A DNA stretch of 64,000 nucleotides from Squalus acanthias (Eukaryota): contig CM059431.1 in NCBI GenBank assembly GCA_030390025.1, positions 127,102,001-127,166,000 on the forward strand, written 5' to 3'. A model generated the notes under the pieces. It saw only the letters and a list, made by a program, of their open reading frames with translations. It did no database searches and was not told the origin of the DNA. The translations under genes and the position numbers were made by a program. Shown here in pieces: positions 24,529 through 37,602 of the stretch (position 1 is its first letter; each line of letters starts with the position of its first letter).

Positions 24529-25425
24529 AACGTTACTAATTAACATGTTAGCATGCTCGTATGAAATTTCTTTGTCCATTATTTTAACAACAAAATGTAT
24601 ATTTTAACCCATTCATTACTAGTATCGCACAGTACAATTCTATCCCATGAAGCTCATAGCTTAGAATGCAAAACCATTATTGGGTCTGGCACTTCAAATT
24701 TTGACAAAACAAATCTACTGAATTCATAAGAAAAAATATTCAGTTTTATTTCATTACCAGTAACAAGAATGATGGCAGTGGTTGATTTTATTGCCAACTT
24801 ACTACAGCATTATCAAAAATATTTTCACAGACAGAGGCCTTGCAGTGTAATGTTTAGAATGCTTTTCTGGACATCTATCTGAGCATATACTTGAACTCCA
24901 TTGTAAGCAGAATTTTCACATTAGTAAATATAATGGGTTTCACCAGCTCTCAGGTTTTGCTTTTTTGCTGGAGATAAATCAGGATGCTCCATCCGTCTTG
25001 CCTTATTGATGGTTGTCTGATACTCAATTATAGTTAGCACGTGAAGTAACTCACAACCACCTTGTCTGCTAGCTGGAGGAGGATGACAAAAAGATGAGCA
25101 ACATGGAGAATGAGGAGCGCAGAAACAAGGGGAATGAAATGTTTAATAAGTGTTTGTCAATTTTGATTTGGAGCTCTTGTCTTCAATTTGCTCCTGCTGG
25201 CAAATCATGAGAGATCTTTTATGCTCATAACAGTAAATGCACTGTCTTGAAATAAATGCCTGTTGAGTGTTAAATTATCAAAAGTGAAATTACAGATTTT
25301 CTTAGTTTTTCTTGTCCAAACAATTTGAGATAGGAGAGCAGCAGCATTTTGAAACAGGAATTCTGCAAGTGCATAAACCACAGCTACACATTGCCAGTGA
25401 GTGAAACTGGTATTACTTTTCTGCT

Positions 25426-25926
25426 ATAACAACAGAAAACGCTGGAAAAACTCAGCAGGCCAGGCCGCATCCGTGGAGACAGAAACAGAGTTAACGTTTC
25501 AGGTCAAAGAACTTTCGTCAGAACCGGAAAAAATCAGGAAATGAAATAGATTTTAAAGCAAGTATAATGCTGGGAAAAGGGGGAAGGGATGAAAGAACAA
25601 AAGGGAAGGTCAGTGATAGGATAGAAAGCAGGAGAGATTAAGAGACATTGAGAGACATTAAGAGATATTCAAGGCAAGAGGAGGTGGTAATGTGACAGGT
25701 TGAGGAACAAAGGATGGCTCTGGATGAAGTGTGAAATGTGCTGGCAGAATGAAGGACAGCTGCCAGCTTCTGGGAGGGAAGAACCAAAAAAGGCCAAACA
25801 AAAGGGTGGATAAAAAAATAAAATAAAAAAATATATATATGTGGTGGGGGCCGGGGTTATGATCTGAAATTGTTGAACTCTATGTTGAGTCCAGAGGGCT
25901 GTAGAGTGCCTAATCGAAAGATGAGG
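25426..25926 (-). mobile_element. Short Penelope 3' fragment (ORF C-terminus, 3' UTR, hammerhead)
   Basis: 12-bp TSD TACTTTTCTGCT at 25414-25425 and 25927-25938. The minus strand encodes LIFRLGTLQPSGLNIEFNNFRS*. CTGACGA...GAAACGTTAAC at about 25490-25525. Confidence 0.9.
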
Positions 25927-26724
25927 TACTTTTCTGCTGTTCAATCAATACCTCCTAAACCTTTCTTGTTTTTTGGATGCCACAGGTACTTGCCAATAAC
26001 TTCATGTAGCAGTGCAATAACCAAAATCAAATTATCTGATAGAACAGTGATGACTCAATTTGCTGCTTACTTCCACAATCTGTAAAGTTTTCAATGAAGG
26101 ATTTAAGCATCAAAACCAAAAAAATAACTGTGTCATTTAGTAGGCCTTAGGATGCCCTTGCTCAAAACAAGGATGCATATTAAATACACATTGGAAAGCA
26201 GTAAAGAGGTATTGCTGCTTGCGTAGAAATGTTGGCATTATGAAGAACGATTTGATCAGACATTAGGATGTGAGGCAGTGAACTTAGTAGAGGACGGGAT
26301 CATCAATAATAAATGGCATTTGCTTGCAGCAGCTGGCATATGCAAAATAAATGGGAGATTATAGACCACAAAATCAAGGCTTACGATAGAAATTTTCTGG
26401 AGGCAAGAACACATATGGTAGATAAAAAATGACTTGGGATAAAAGATTTCTTGAAAATATGTCTATTTTCTCTGAACATTTCATGCACAAACCTAGTAAA
26501 ATGGGAAGTGTTGGTGGCCCAGTAAAGCTGGAATGATATTAATAATGACAAGACTTCAGTAAGTCAATCAATAGACAGATTTTGTTTTGTTATATTGTAT
26601 TAGCGAGCGTTACTATTGTAGTGATGTGACACAAACCACTGCCATCAATTTAAAGCCACAATGGATCACAGAAAGAAAAGTTTTATTTAAAAAAAGCAAA
26701 ATACTTTGGAGTACACATTGCATA

Positions 26725-27446
26725 CTCACCCGTAAGACGTCCTGAAGTGCCGGTTTCCTGCATGCACTGCGCATGCGTCGGAAACCGGAACTTCCGGTCT
26801 GGTGAAGGGGGCGGTTCCTAGGTGAACCGCGTGCGCGGTAGAGGCTGCGCGCACGCAGCGAACTTAGATTTTTTTTCAGGTTTCTACGCGAGGGTAAGTA
26901 GTGAAGAACCTACGCTTATAAAAAGGAGGCGCAGGACCCGTTTTCAACAAGGTAAGTGGTTAATTAAGTATAATTTTAAATTTTTTTCAACAGGTTTATC
27001 TTTTTTAGATACTTTAAAGAAAGGTAAGTTTATTTTTATCACTTTTAAAAAGTATTTTAATTTTTTCAAAAATTTAAATTTTTGTTTAAAGTGGTTAATT
27101 TATTTAACTATAGTTATTTTATAAATGTGATGGTTTTTAAAAAAATGTATTTTAAGTTTAGCTGTTCTTTTGGGGCCGATTTCAATTTACAGATTTGACA
27201 GCTCTTCCTGTCAAATCTATGAATGAAAGATGGTCTGCTGCCATTGGCTCTCCATGGCCCACGTGATCCCAGGGGACGCATCGCACTAACTGCACCCCTG
27301 GGACACGCAAGCACTGCGCGCCGGCACTTGGAGCAGGACCAGGAGCTGAAGTTCCCGTGGGCCCAAAACACAACGGCAGGTGCGGTAGGTAAGTGCGCGC
27401 GCGATCCTTACCCCCGCGGCAAGCCGGAGAGGCGAATTTCTGGGTC
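26725..27446. mobile_element. MITE related to family B (inverted; left TIR missing)
   Basis: Reverse-complement similarity to 6774-7437 (GGGGGCGGTTCCTAGGTGAACCGCGTGCGCG and the AT core); right end GAATTTCTGGGTC then ATT. Confidence 0.75.
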
Positions 27447-27599
27447 ATTAACTTTAGTGACTTGGCCAGACTGCATTGTTTTAAATGCTAGATACAACGA
27501 TAAAGAATCTTACAGAATGTTATAGTTTAATGTTTACTTCATCCTCCCCAAAGGGTGCACGTGTACTCGGCTATATAATAAGCAAGGAGAAGCTTTGTC

Positions 27600-28030
27600 C
27601 CGATATTGGCTGTGACCATGGTCAACTATTCCTCTTCATCCTTCTTGCCCTGTTTGCAGCCTTTGACATGGTTGACCACACCAACCTCCTCCAATGCTTT
27701 TCCTCCATTGTTCAGCCAGGTGGGACTGCCCTCACCTGGTTCCATTCCTATCATTCCAGTCATAGCCAGAGAATCACCTGCAATGTCTTTACTTCTCATT
27801 CCCACACCGTTACCTCTGAAGTTCCACAAAGATCTATCCTGGGCCCCTCCAATTCCTCATCTACATGCTGCCCCTCGGCAACATCATCCGAAAACACGAC
27901 GTCAGCTTCCACATGTGCGCTGATCACACCCAGCTCCAACTCACCACTGCTTCTGATTTATAACGTTGCTTGTCCGACACTCAGTATTGGATGAGCAGAA
28001 ATTTCCTCCCATTAAATATTGGGGAAACCG
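27600..28030 (+). mobile_element. L2 LINE RT fragment
   Basis: Peptide LFAAFDMVDH...GTALTWFHSY...EVPQRSILGP, decayed L2 RT motifs. Confidence 0.8.
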
Positions 28031-28204
28031 TCCTTTTTTCTAGTTGTGCTCTTTGTAAAGTTAGACATCAGATTTAGAAAAACAGCAATGGAGTAGCTGG
28101 ACAGTGTGCTAATAATAAAGGTTAGGGTCAGAGAATGGATAGATGCTTATAAAACACGATTGGTAAAAGAAAAGGGGACCAAAATTATTGAAACTTTAAC
28201 TGAC

Positions 28205-30191
28205 ATTTTTGTGGCTGTGGTGGGAACAGGAATGCTGCAATCCAGAAAGAGCTCAGCAGGTTCCTGCTCCACTGACCCACTGCCGCTCTCCCGGGGCAGC
28301 ACCTCAGTATCCCTAGCAATCTGTTGGAGCACAGATTGCTGGCCTGCTGCAACACCGTGAAAGCCCCGTTCGACCGTGGTAGATCCAGCCATGATGGCAG
28401 CAGTCAGAGCTCACGTGGCATCAAGCTGAGACTGCATGAGAGCAGTCTGAAATTGGATGCCACCAAGCATAGACTGCATTACAGCACTAAGATATTGCAT
28501 CGCTTCCGCCTGTGCTGCAATGGAAGCTGCCAGATCGCCCATCACACGTGGCATCAGGTCTGGGTCGCCACGGTCTCTCTGGGAGTCTACCATCCTTTGT
28601 AGACTGGAAATGATGGGCTCCATGGTGTGCACAGAGCTCTGTGCAATGTTGGAGGTGGACTCCTCCACACTCCTTACCATTGCCGAGAGGCTCTCTGGCA
28701 CTCTTGCCATTGCACCTATCATCTCCGTGTGCATGCCCATCACCCTTCTTCTAAAGGCCTCCCTATTAAGGTCCACATCTGAGTCCTGTGCAGCAGAACT
28801 CGCACACAAACTCACCCTCTGGGGAGCTACCCTTTCCCTCTGGCCTTGCTGCAACCCGCTCATTCCTGGTGCATCACCCTGTGCAGATCCCGCTACTACA
28901 CTAGCCTCTAAAGAACACATAGTGCCAGTATCTGAGCTGGTGCCTGCGGGTGAGACATGCAGTGACGTGGTGTGTTCTTCCTCCTCCTCTTCTCCCGCCT
29001 CGCTCTCAACAGTGCCCTCAGGGACAGGCTGCTCAGATGCTTGCTGATTATCTGAAAGCATAAAGGCACAAGAGTCAGGTTAAGGTGAGGGGAGGGGGCA
29101 GGAATGGAGAAAGGCATGCATACAGCATGATTAGCTGGCAAGTGCGGAAAGCTTGTGGGGTGAGGGGGAATTGGGATGTGAGAGGAAGGAGTAGGGATGA
29201 ACAAACTGTTGTTGTCCCCAAGGGGGTCAACATCGCCGGTTGCCACAGCACCCACCACCTCACAGCCAATGATTTGCAGCACTCTTTCCTCCAGCTCAGA
29301 CAGTGGTTGGGTGTCAGGTTGTCCCCCGCCTGTGCGCTCCTGCTCCCTCCTGTTGTGAGCGACCTTGGCCTGCAAGAGAGAGGAAAGTGTATGAGTGAGT
29401 GTGGAGCAATGGGTTTGGGAGATGTGCCTGCCATAGTTGAATAGCTGTCACTGTGTGCAGGATGTGAGATGTCGCTGTGCGTGTTGGTCGGTCGAGATTG
29501 TTGGTGGGTGAGTGCTGGGGGTGTGGTGCTTTGGGCAGTGTGTGCAGACTGTGGTTCAGATGGTGGTATGTAGCATTTGTTGAAGCATTCACTCACCCTG
29601 ACCACCTGAGTGAGGTCATTAAATTTCTTCCTGCACTGTGTGTGGGTCCTGGGGACCACAGTGCTGCCCGAGACAGGCTGGGCTACCTCACTCCACATGG
29701 ACGACTTGTGGTGAGGGCCTCCTGCCACTTGTCAGGTAGAACACCGCCTCCATCTTTTCACTGTGAACACAAACGCCTCCAATGCATGGTTGCAGAATTT
29801 GTGGGCTCTCTCCAAGGCGCGTGCATCTGCCAACATTATGGCTGCTTGAGTTGTCTAGCTCCTTCTCCTTGACCTGTTGCTGCTGGCTGAGACAGCTGCA
29901 CAGCCAGAAATGATGAGAATGAGGTTCTACAGCATCAATGAACCTTCCTTTTAAGAACTGGAAAGAGCCTGTTGCAATGATTACTTGTGTTAGACTGCAC
30001 CTCATTTTGGTCAGCACTTCGAGTTTAATGCAACTGAGCTAGGCTATTAGCGCTTGATTTAGTGCTCCAATCCTTTTTTGTGCAATGAGACTTAATTTTG
30101 TATGCAGTCTGAAGCATTAGCGCCTGGCGTTAATTCTCAAACCTTTCAAGAGTGACCGCCCATTCCTGGGCTATAATGAATTTCTCCCCCC
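28205..30191 (-). mobile_element. Truncated Harbinger carrying a decayed Myb gene (paralog of 17116-19764)
   Basis: Peptides WSEVAQPVSG...TQCRKKFNDLTQVVR and AKVAHNRREQERTGGG; exon 3 similar to 18647-19500; terminus GAATTTCTCCCCCC. Confidence 0.87.
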
Positions 30192-30270
30192 AGGACATTT
30201 AACCTAACTATTAGTCTTCCATACTGAGCTTTGTCAAATGCTTTTTGAAAGTCTAGGTAGCCTGCACAGG

Positions 30271-30306
30271 AGTTCTGACGAAGGGTCATTGACCTGAAAC
30301 ATTAAC
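30271..30306 (+). ncRNA. Isolated, degenerate Penelope-type hammerhead
   Basis: AGTT-CTGACGA-AGGGTCATTGACCT-GAAAC-ATTAAC. Confidence 0.55.
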
Positions 30307-31768
30307 AGTGTTTATTGACTCCCTCATAATAATTGCCAATGTTTCACAAATCTCCTCTCTTGCCTTCCTTAGTACTTTGGGATAAATATCATCCATCCCT
30401 GTGAAGTCATTTGTGTTGAGGACTGTTAGGCTGTTCAGGATTTCCATCTTTTACATCAACATTATTAGTCCCACTTGAGTTACTTATGCGTGAACTGCAG
30501 AATGTTGTGGGAAAGTACACAGTGCTTGGTTGCAGTGAAAAAAGCACAAATACTGCAGGGTTGCATTAGTGGATGGGTAGATCAGAAATCTACAGAGGTT
30601 ACATTGTTGCTGAAAGAGGCATTGGTCAGACCCTGTTTGGTGTACTATGTGTAGTTCTGGTCAGATAATGTGAAAGGTATTATTGTCCTGAATGCTGCAG
30701 AGGAGAGCAAGAAACATGAATTTTGGGTATCAAGAATTTGAGTTATGTGGCCAGATTGAAGAATTTATGGTTCTTTTCTTTCTTAAAAAAAGGAGAATTT
30801 GAGGTGATCTAATTGAAGGAAATTGATAAAATTCATCCAGAAAATAGTTGCTGTAGCGCAATCTTTAAATAGAGGAGTGATAGGCATTCAAGACAGTTTC
30901 CTAGAATAATACATTATGGAACCAACCAGGGAACAGGCTATTTTAGATCTTGTATTGTATAATGAGACTGGGTTAATTAGTAATCGAATAGCAAAGGATC
31001 CTCGGGGAAGAGTGATCATAATATGATGGAATTTCACATTGAGTTTGAGTGTGAAATACTCAAGCACAACTAGAGTCTTAAACTTAAATAAAGCCAATTA
31101 CATAGGTATGAGTTGGCTAATGTAGTTTGGGAAATTAGATTAAAAGTTGTGGCAGTAGAGGCTTATAATGTTGTGAAAAATAGTATTATGCCTGAGGATT
31201 ATGAGAGCTTTAGAAACCAGCAAAGGATGACCAAAAACTTGATAAAAAGGGATAAAATAGAATATGAGAGTAAACTAGCAAGAAATATAAAAACAGATTG
31301 AAAGAGCTTCTACAAGTATGTAAAAAGGAAGAGAATAGCAAAAGTTAGTGTTTGGTGCCTTAGAGGGTGAGACAGGAGAAATTATAAGGGGGAATAAGGA
31401 AATGGCAGAGACTTTAAACAAATATTTTGTATCTGCCTTCACAGTAGAAGACACAAAGAGCATACCAAGTATAATGGAGAACCAAGGGGCTATTGAGTGA
31501 GGAACTTAAAGTATTAAGATCAGTAGAGAAAAAATACTTGAGAAACTAATGGGACTAAAAGCCGACAAATCCCCTGGGCCTGATGGCCTGCATCCAAGGT
31601 TCTAAAAGAGCTGGCTGCAGAGATGGTGGATGCATTTATTGTGATCTTCCAAAATTCCCTAGATTCTAGAATGGTCCCAACGGATTGGAAGGTAGCAAAT
31701 GTAAACCCACTATTCAAGAAAGGAGGGAGAGAGAAAATGGGGAATGACAAGCCAGTTGAAATCAGTTA

Positions 31769-33400
31769 GAATAGAATCATAGAATGGGTACAGCACAGAA
31801 GCAGGCCATTCAGCCCATCGAGTCCGTGCCGACTCTCTGCAAGAGTAATTCAGCTGGTCCAACTCCCCGCACTTTCCCCATAGCACTGCAATTTTTTTTT
31901 TCTTCAGATTCTTATCCAATTCACCTTTGAAAGCCACAATTGAATTTGCCTCCACCACCCCTACAGGCAGTGAATTCCAGATCCTAACCACACACTGCGT
32001 AAAAATGTTTTTCCTCATGTCGCCTTTGGTTCTTCTGCCAATCACATTAAATCTGTGTCCTCTGGTTCTCGACCCTTCCACCAATGGGAAAGTTTATCTC
32101 TATCTACTCGGTCTAGACCCCTCATGATTTTGAACACCTCTATCAAATCTCCTCTCAACCTTCTCTGCTCTAAGGAGAACAACCCCAGCATCTCCAGTCT
32201 ATCCATGTAACTGCAGTCCCTCATCCCTGGAACCATTCTTGTAAATCTATTTGCACCCTCTCTAAGGCCTTCACATCCTTCCGAAAGTGTGGTGCTCAGA
32301 ATTGGACACAATACTCTATTTGAGGCTGAAGCAGTGTTTTACACAGGTTCATCATAACTTCCTTGCTTTTGTACTCTATACCTCTATTATGAAGCCTAGT
32401 ATCCTGTATGCTTTTTGAACCACTTTCTCAACCTGCCCTATCATCTTCAACGATTTGTGCACATATACCCCCAGGTCTCTCTGTTCATGCACCCCTTTTA
32501 TAATTACCCCTTTAGTTTATATTGCCTCTCCTCGTTCTTCCTACAAAAATGTATCACTTCGCACTTTTCTGCGTTAAATTTCATCTGCCACGTGTCCGCC
32601 TATTCTACCAGCCTGTCTATGTCTTCTTGAAGTCCATCACTATCCTCCTCACTGTTCACTATACTTCCAAGTTTTGTGTCATCTGCAAATTTTGAAATTG
32701 TGCCCTGTACACCCAAGTCTAAGTCATTAATATATATCACGAAAAGCAGTGGTCCTAGTACCGACCCCTTTGGAACACTACTGTATACCTACCTCCAGTC
32801 CAAAAAACAATCGCTCACCACTACTCTGTTTCCTGTCACTTAACCAATTTCATATAATTGCTGCCACTGTCCCTTTTATTCCATGGGCTTCAACTTTGAT
32901 GGCAAGCCTTTATGTGGCATTTTATCAAACGCCTTTTGGAAGTCCGTGTACACCACATCAACTGCATTGCCCTAATCAACCCTTTCTGTTACTTCATCAA
33001 AAAACTCGATCAAGTTAGTTAAACACGATTTGATTTTAACAAATCTTGTGCTTTCCTTAATTAATCTATACTTGTCCAAGTGACTGTTAATTTTGTCCTT
33101 GATTATCGTTTCTAAAAGCTTCCCCACTACCGAGGTTAAACAGACTGGCCTGTAGTTGCTGGGTTTATCCTAAAAGCCTTTTTTGAACAAGGGTGTAACA
33201 TTTGCAATTCTCCAGTCCTCTGGCACCAGCTCTGTATCCAAGGAGGATTGGAAGTTTATGGCCAGTAACTTTCCAATTTCCACCTTTACTTCCCTAAGCA
33301 TCCTTGGATGCATCCTATCCGTTCCTGGTGATGTATCTACTTTAAGTGCAGCCAGCCTTTCTAGTACCTCCTCCGCATCAATTTTTATCCCAATTGTTGC
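31769..33400 (-). mobile_element. Nested CR1 LINE (different subfamily), 5'-truncated
   Basis: Tail GAATAGAATCATAGAAT; peptide LGLFSLEQRRLRGDLIEVFKIMRG. Confidence 0.9.
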
Positions 33401-33999
33401 AAGACTTCCTTACTCTTGTACTCCAACCCTCTGGCAATAAACGCAAACATGCCATTTGCCTTCCTAATTGCTTGCTGTACCTGCATGCTAACTCTATGGG
33501 GGAAAAATTCAGTATCGCCCCATTTGGGGCGCAATTATCGGTCGGGCGCAAAGATTAGCGCCTGGCGCTAATTATCGCCTCCGACTGCAAACTTGGCTTT
33601 TATCGCCACTGGAGGTGATTGGAGCGCTAAATCAGGCGCTTCACAGCTGTCTTAAGGCGCAAAGGCCGAGGAGCGAGGCGCTAACTCAGAGCGCTGGCAA
33701 AGCTCATGTGATGTCAGTCAGCAATGGAACACAGACACAATGGCGCCGGCCAGTTCTTAAAGGGGAGGGTTGATCTTGCTCTCCATCGACATCCTGCTCA
33801 TTGCAGCCTTGAATCTCGGCCTGGAGAGACCTGTACATCAAATCTGCTAGAAAGAACAATGTAGAGAACAAGGGAAAGAGCTCAGAGTGCAGCCCCCACA
33901 GTCTCTTCTAAATAGATGCAAGGAAGGGCAAATCAAAATGAACCTGCAAAGTGCTGCTCAGTACCCAAAACTCCTTCACACAGCGTTGAATCTCTCCAG

Positions 34000-34030
<31 letters not shown>

Positions 34031-34679
34031 AGAATGCGTGGTGCAAAAATGTCACCAACAAAAAAAGGCAGGAAGCGTTCGCCTTTAAATAGCGCTCCCC
34101 CAGTCCCTGCCTGACTGCAAAACGCTCCCCTCAACCTGTCGCTGCTAGCGGCAGGCAGTAAGGCAGGGGGCGCCACTCAATATCCGGTCCGGGGCGCTAC
34201 CAGCGCGTTGCACCCTCGACTGACGTCACAATCTGCTCTCGCAAAAGATTGTGGCGGTAGTGTTTAGCGCCGCCGCAAAATGTCTAGTTAATTTTGTGAG
34301 CGGCGCAAACATCGCCGCGCACGGGCGCTAGTTGCTTTGAGCCCCATTAGCGCCCTCTTAAGGCGCTAATGGGAGGCGCAAACCAACTGAATTTTTCCCC
34401 TATGTTTTTTGTAGTAGTACACACAAATCTTTCTGGACACCAATATTTAATAGTTTCTCACCATTTAAAAATATTCTGTTTTTCCTACGAATGTGGAAAA
34501 CCTCACATTTCACCACATTACACTCCATCTGCCATCTTAATGCCCACTCACTTAACCTGTCTATATCCTCTTGCATGCTCTTTGCGTTCTCCTCACATCT
34601 TACATCTATACCTTTGTATTGTCAGCAAACTTGGATACATTTCACTCGGTCTCTTCATCTAAGTCATTAATATAGATTG
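33390..34679 (-). mobile_element. CR1 RT fragment interrupted by MITE 33498-34400
   Basis: The minus strand reads ...AAAAAACATA|GAGTTAGCATGCAGGTACAGCAAGCAATTAGGAAGGCAAATGG. Confidence 0.85.
33498..34400. mobile_element. Harbinger MITE family A (inverted relative to 954-1846)
   Basis: TIR GGGGGAAAAATTCAGT / ACTGAATTTTTCCCC, TSD TAT. Confidence 0.92.
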
Positions 34680-35329
34680 TCGGGAAAATGCTGGAATCCA
34701 TTATTAAGGAAGTGGTAACAGGGCATTTGGAAAATCATAATATGATTAAGCAGAGTCAGCATGGTTTTATGAAAGGGAAATTGTGTTTGACAAATATATT
34801 AGAGTTTTGAGGATGTAACTAGCAGGGTAGATAAAGGTGAACCAGTGGGTGTAGTATATTTGGATTTCTAAAAGGCATTCGATAAGGTGCCACCTAAAAG
34901 GTTGTTCGGGCTAATATATTAGCATGGATAGAGGATTGGTTAATGGACAGAAAACAGAGAGTAGGGATAAACAGGTCATTTTCAAGTTGGCAGGCTGTAA
35001 CTAGTGTGGTGCCGCAAGGATCAGTGCTTGGGCCTCAGTTATTTACAATTTATATTAATGAAGGGACCGAATGTAATGTATGCAAGTTTGCTGATGATAC
35101 ATAGCTAGGTGGGAAAGTAAGCTGTGAGGAGGACACAAAAAGCCTGCAAAGGGATATAGACAGGTTAAGTGAGTCAGCAATAAGGTGGAAGATGGAGTAT
35201 AATGTGAGGAATGGGAGGTTATTCACTTTGGTAGGAATATTAGAAAAACAGAATATTTTTTAAATGGTGAGAAACTATTAAATGTTGGTGTTCAGAGAGA
35301 TTTAAGTGTTCTGGTACAGGAAACACAGA

Positions 35330-37602
35330 GGGGGAGAAATTCCCTTCCTTATCGCCACCCGTCAGTGTGGCGTATTGTCGAGAAAGCGAAGGCTGTCGCT
35401 CTTTTGCCAGCTGATGACAGGTCCTGGGGCGTCTTCCATTTTCATGGGCCTGGTAGCGCTGCTGTTAAGAGGTATCGCCCTTAAAAGAAAAGTGGCGGAG
35501 TGGTGATGCCAGCTGACTTAACGTCACCACAGCGAACTTTGACACTCGCGCTGAACTCAGCGCAGGTCTTAATCACGCTAGGTAAACCCAGCGTGCAAGC
35601 AGACTCACAGAGGGTCTGTCAGCACCTTCTAAAGAGACACCACACATCTTTCAGATAAGTTTGCATTTAAGCTTTTGGAGTGTTCTTTTTTAATTTTACT
35701 GAAGTAGTGGCTGTTGGCAATAGGTGTTCAAAATTATTTTAAGTGTGTAGGGAGTGCTGCTGGACACTTGCAAGGCACCGGATGGTAAAGGAAGGCCTCT
35801 GAGAAGACAGAAAATGGTGCAAATACTCAGCAGGTCAGGCAACATCCGTGGAGAGGGAAACAGAGTTCAGGTCTCAGGTCGAGATGCTGCCTGACCTGCT
35901 GAGTTTTTCAAGCATTTTATGCTGTCATTTCTGATTTACAGCATCCGCTTGCAGAGGGAAGAGGAAGACACAGATGAGGAAGAAATAGAAGAGGAAAAAG
36001 CAGAAGAGGAGGAAGCGGAAGAGGAAGAAGAGGAAGAGGAGGAATTAGAAGGAAGGATGCAACCCAGATCATTTCTGGTCGGGATATCCGGGATGGAATC
36101 AGCCACCTGCGGTCCCAGTGACCACAACTGCAATTCCCCTTTCAACATTAGTCCCACACCTTAACTTCCCTCTGTTATTGACCATCACAGCATCCTCTTG
36201 ACCACGATGCTGAAATAAAAGCCCCAACAAAGCAAACTTTCCAATCCAAATTTATCCATTTATCCATCCAATATGACATCAAAAATCAACTCATCACCCA
36301 TATGCATTCTCTTAGTGACTGTCTTGTGTATGCCTTTGCCTATCCTACTGATGTCACGCAGTGCTACCCCAGTGCCTGCAGCATGGCTGGTGGAAGGCTG
36401 CTGACTTTCAGTGGGGGACACTGCAAATGGCCTTGCTCGCCGACCTTGAGGAGCTGGTGGCTGGGTGTGTGATATCGAGTGATGGTGTTTCTTCTTCTTC
36501 TTCACTTTCCTCTCCCTCTTCTTGGTCAACCACTGTCTGGGCAGGCTGCATTTCTTGGGTGTGTGAAATGAGGAAGGCACAAGGGCGGAGTTGTGATGAG
36601 AGAGGGCAGGAAAGCAAGAGGTGCACGCCAGAAGGAGGATAACGTATGAGGATACCAGAATCTTGTATCCTTTCAGCCCCGCCACTGGCCAAGGGCTCAG
36701 CCATGCCCCTGCCAAGAACGGCCTGCACTGTCTCCTCCAAGGGGTGAAGTGAGGCTAGGAATGGGAGATGTACCTTGTGATTGGTACAGAATGTTGGTAG
36801 GTGAGTGTTTTTGGGGTGGCGGGGGGGGAGTCGTGCATTGAGCAGTGTGTGAGGCTAGTGATGCAGTTGGTAGGAGACGGCTTTTGAAGATACATTCACT
36901 GACCTTGACCAGTGGTCTGAGGTCATGAAGCTTCTTTGGGCACTGGAGCCAGGTGGTGGGGTGACACTGCTGGTAGTGACGGCCTCGGTGATGTAGTCCC
37001 ACATCATTCTTTCTAGAGGTCCTCCTGGCCGCTGTGGGTAGAGGACGTGTCTTGCAGGGTTGACCCCCTGCACAAAGCTGGAATGCTGCATGTGAGACCC
37101 TGGTTACGCCTTCCCTGGCTTGCTGAGCCACTTGTGCTGGTGCTGAAGCAGTTTTCCCATTTTTTGAGGTCCAGAAGGGCATTCAGCTTGAAGTGCTGAA
37201 GACTCCTATTTGGGACTTCTTTTTAATATTCATTTTTTTTTCTTGAAAGGCAGTAAGGGATGAAAACTGCATTTTTCACTTCATTTACATTTTTATTATC
37301 ATTGAATGCATTGTCCCTTTAATTCATAGCCCTTTTAATTGCCCACAATTCCTTGTGAACTCACAGCCTCACTCCCACAGGCTGTAAGAAGCTGGAACGC
37401 CGCTCCTGGATGTGACCTTCGGGTCGGATGCCTCCACTAATGCCACCAGGAGGGCATTACACTGTAAGTTAGCACTGGGCTAAAAATCTTTGACACCCCA
37501 GTGCGAATTTTTGCCCGGCAGCACTGCGGAAATTTTCAGCAGCCGTAAACCCGAGGCCGTGGTGACACCGGCAGGTTTTTGCCAATGTCCAGTTTCGTGG
37601 CC
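35330..37602. mobile_element. Non-autonomous Harbinger: Myb remnant (-) and acidic transposase C-terminal remnant (+)
   Basis: TSD AGA at 35327-35329 and 37603-37605. Myb peptide MMWDYITEAV...QCPKKLHDLRPLVK followed by a GT donor. The plus strand has an E-rich tract then RDIRDGISHLRSQ*. Confidence 0.82.

Noticed and set aside
24530..26700. Host exons in non-repetitive AT-rich stretches (also 15960-16390, 48120-49350, 58000-58430)
   Set aside because: No recognisable peptide or convincing splice-bounded ORF. Small exons or enhancers cannot be excluded without alignment.
35919..36164. Acidic poly-Glu ORF as an independent gene
   Set aside because: It starts inside a Penelope fragment and is best explained as a Harbinger transposase C-terminal remnant.
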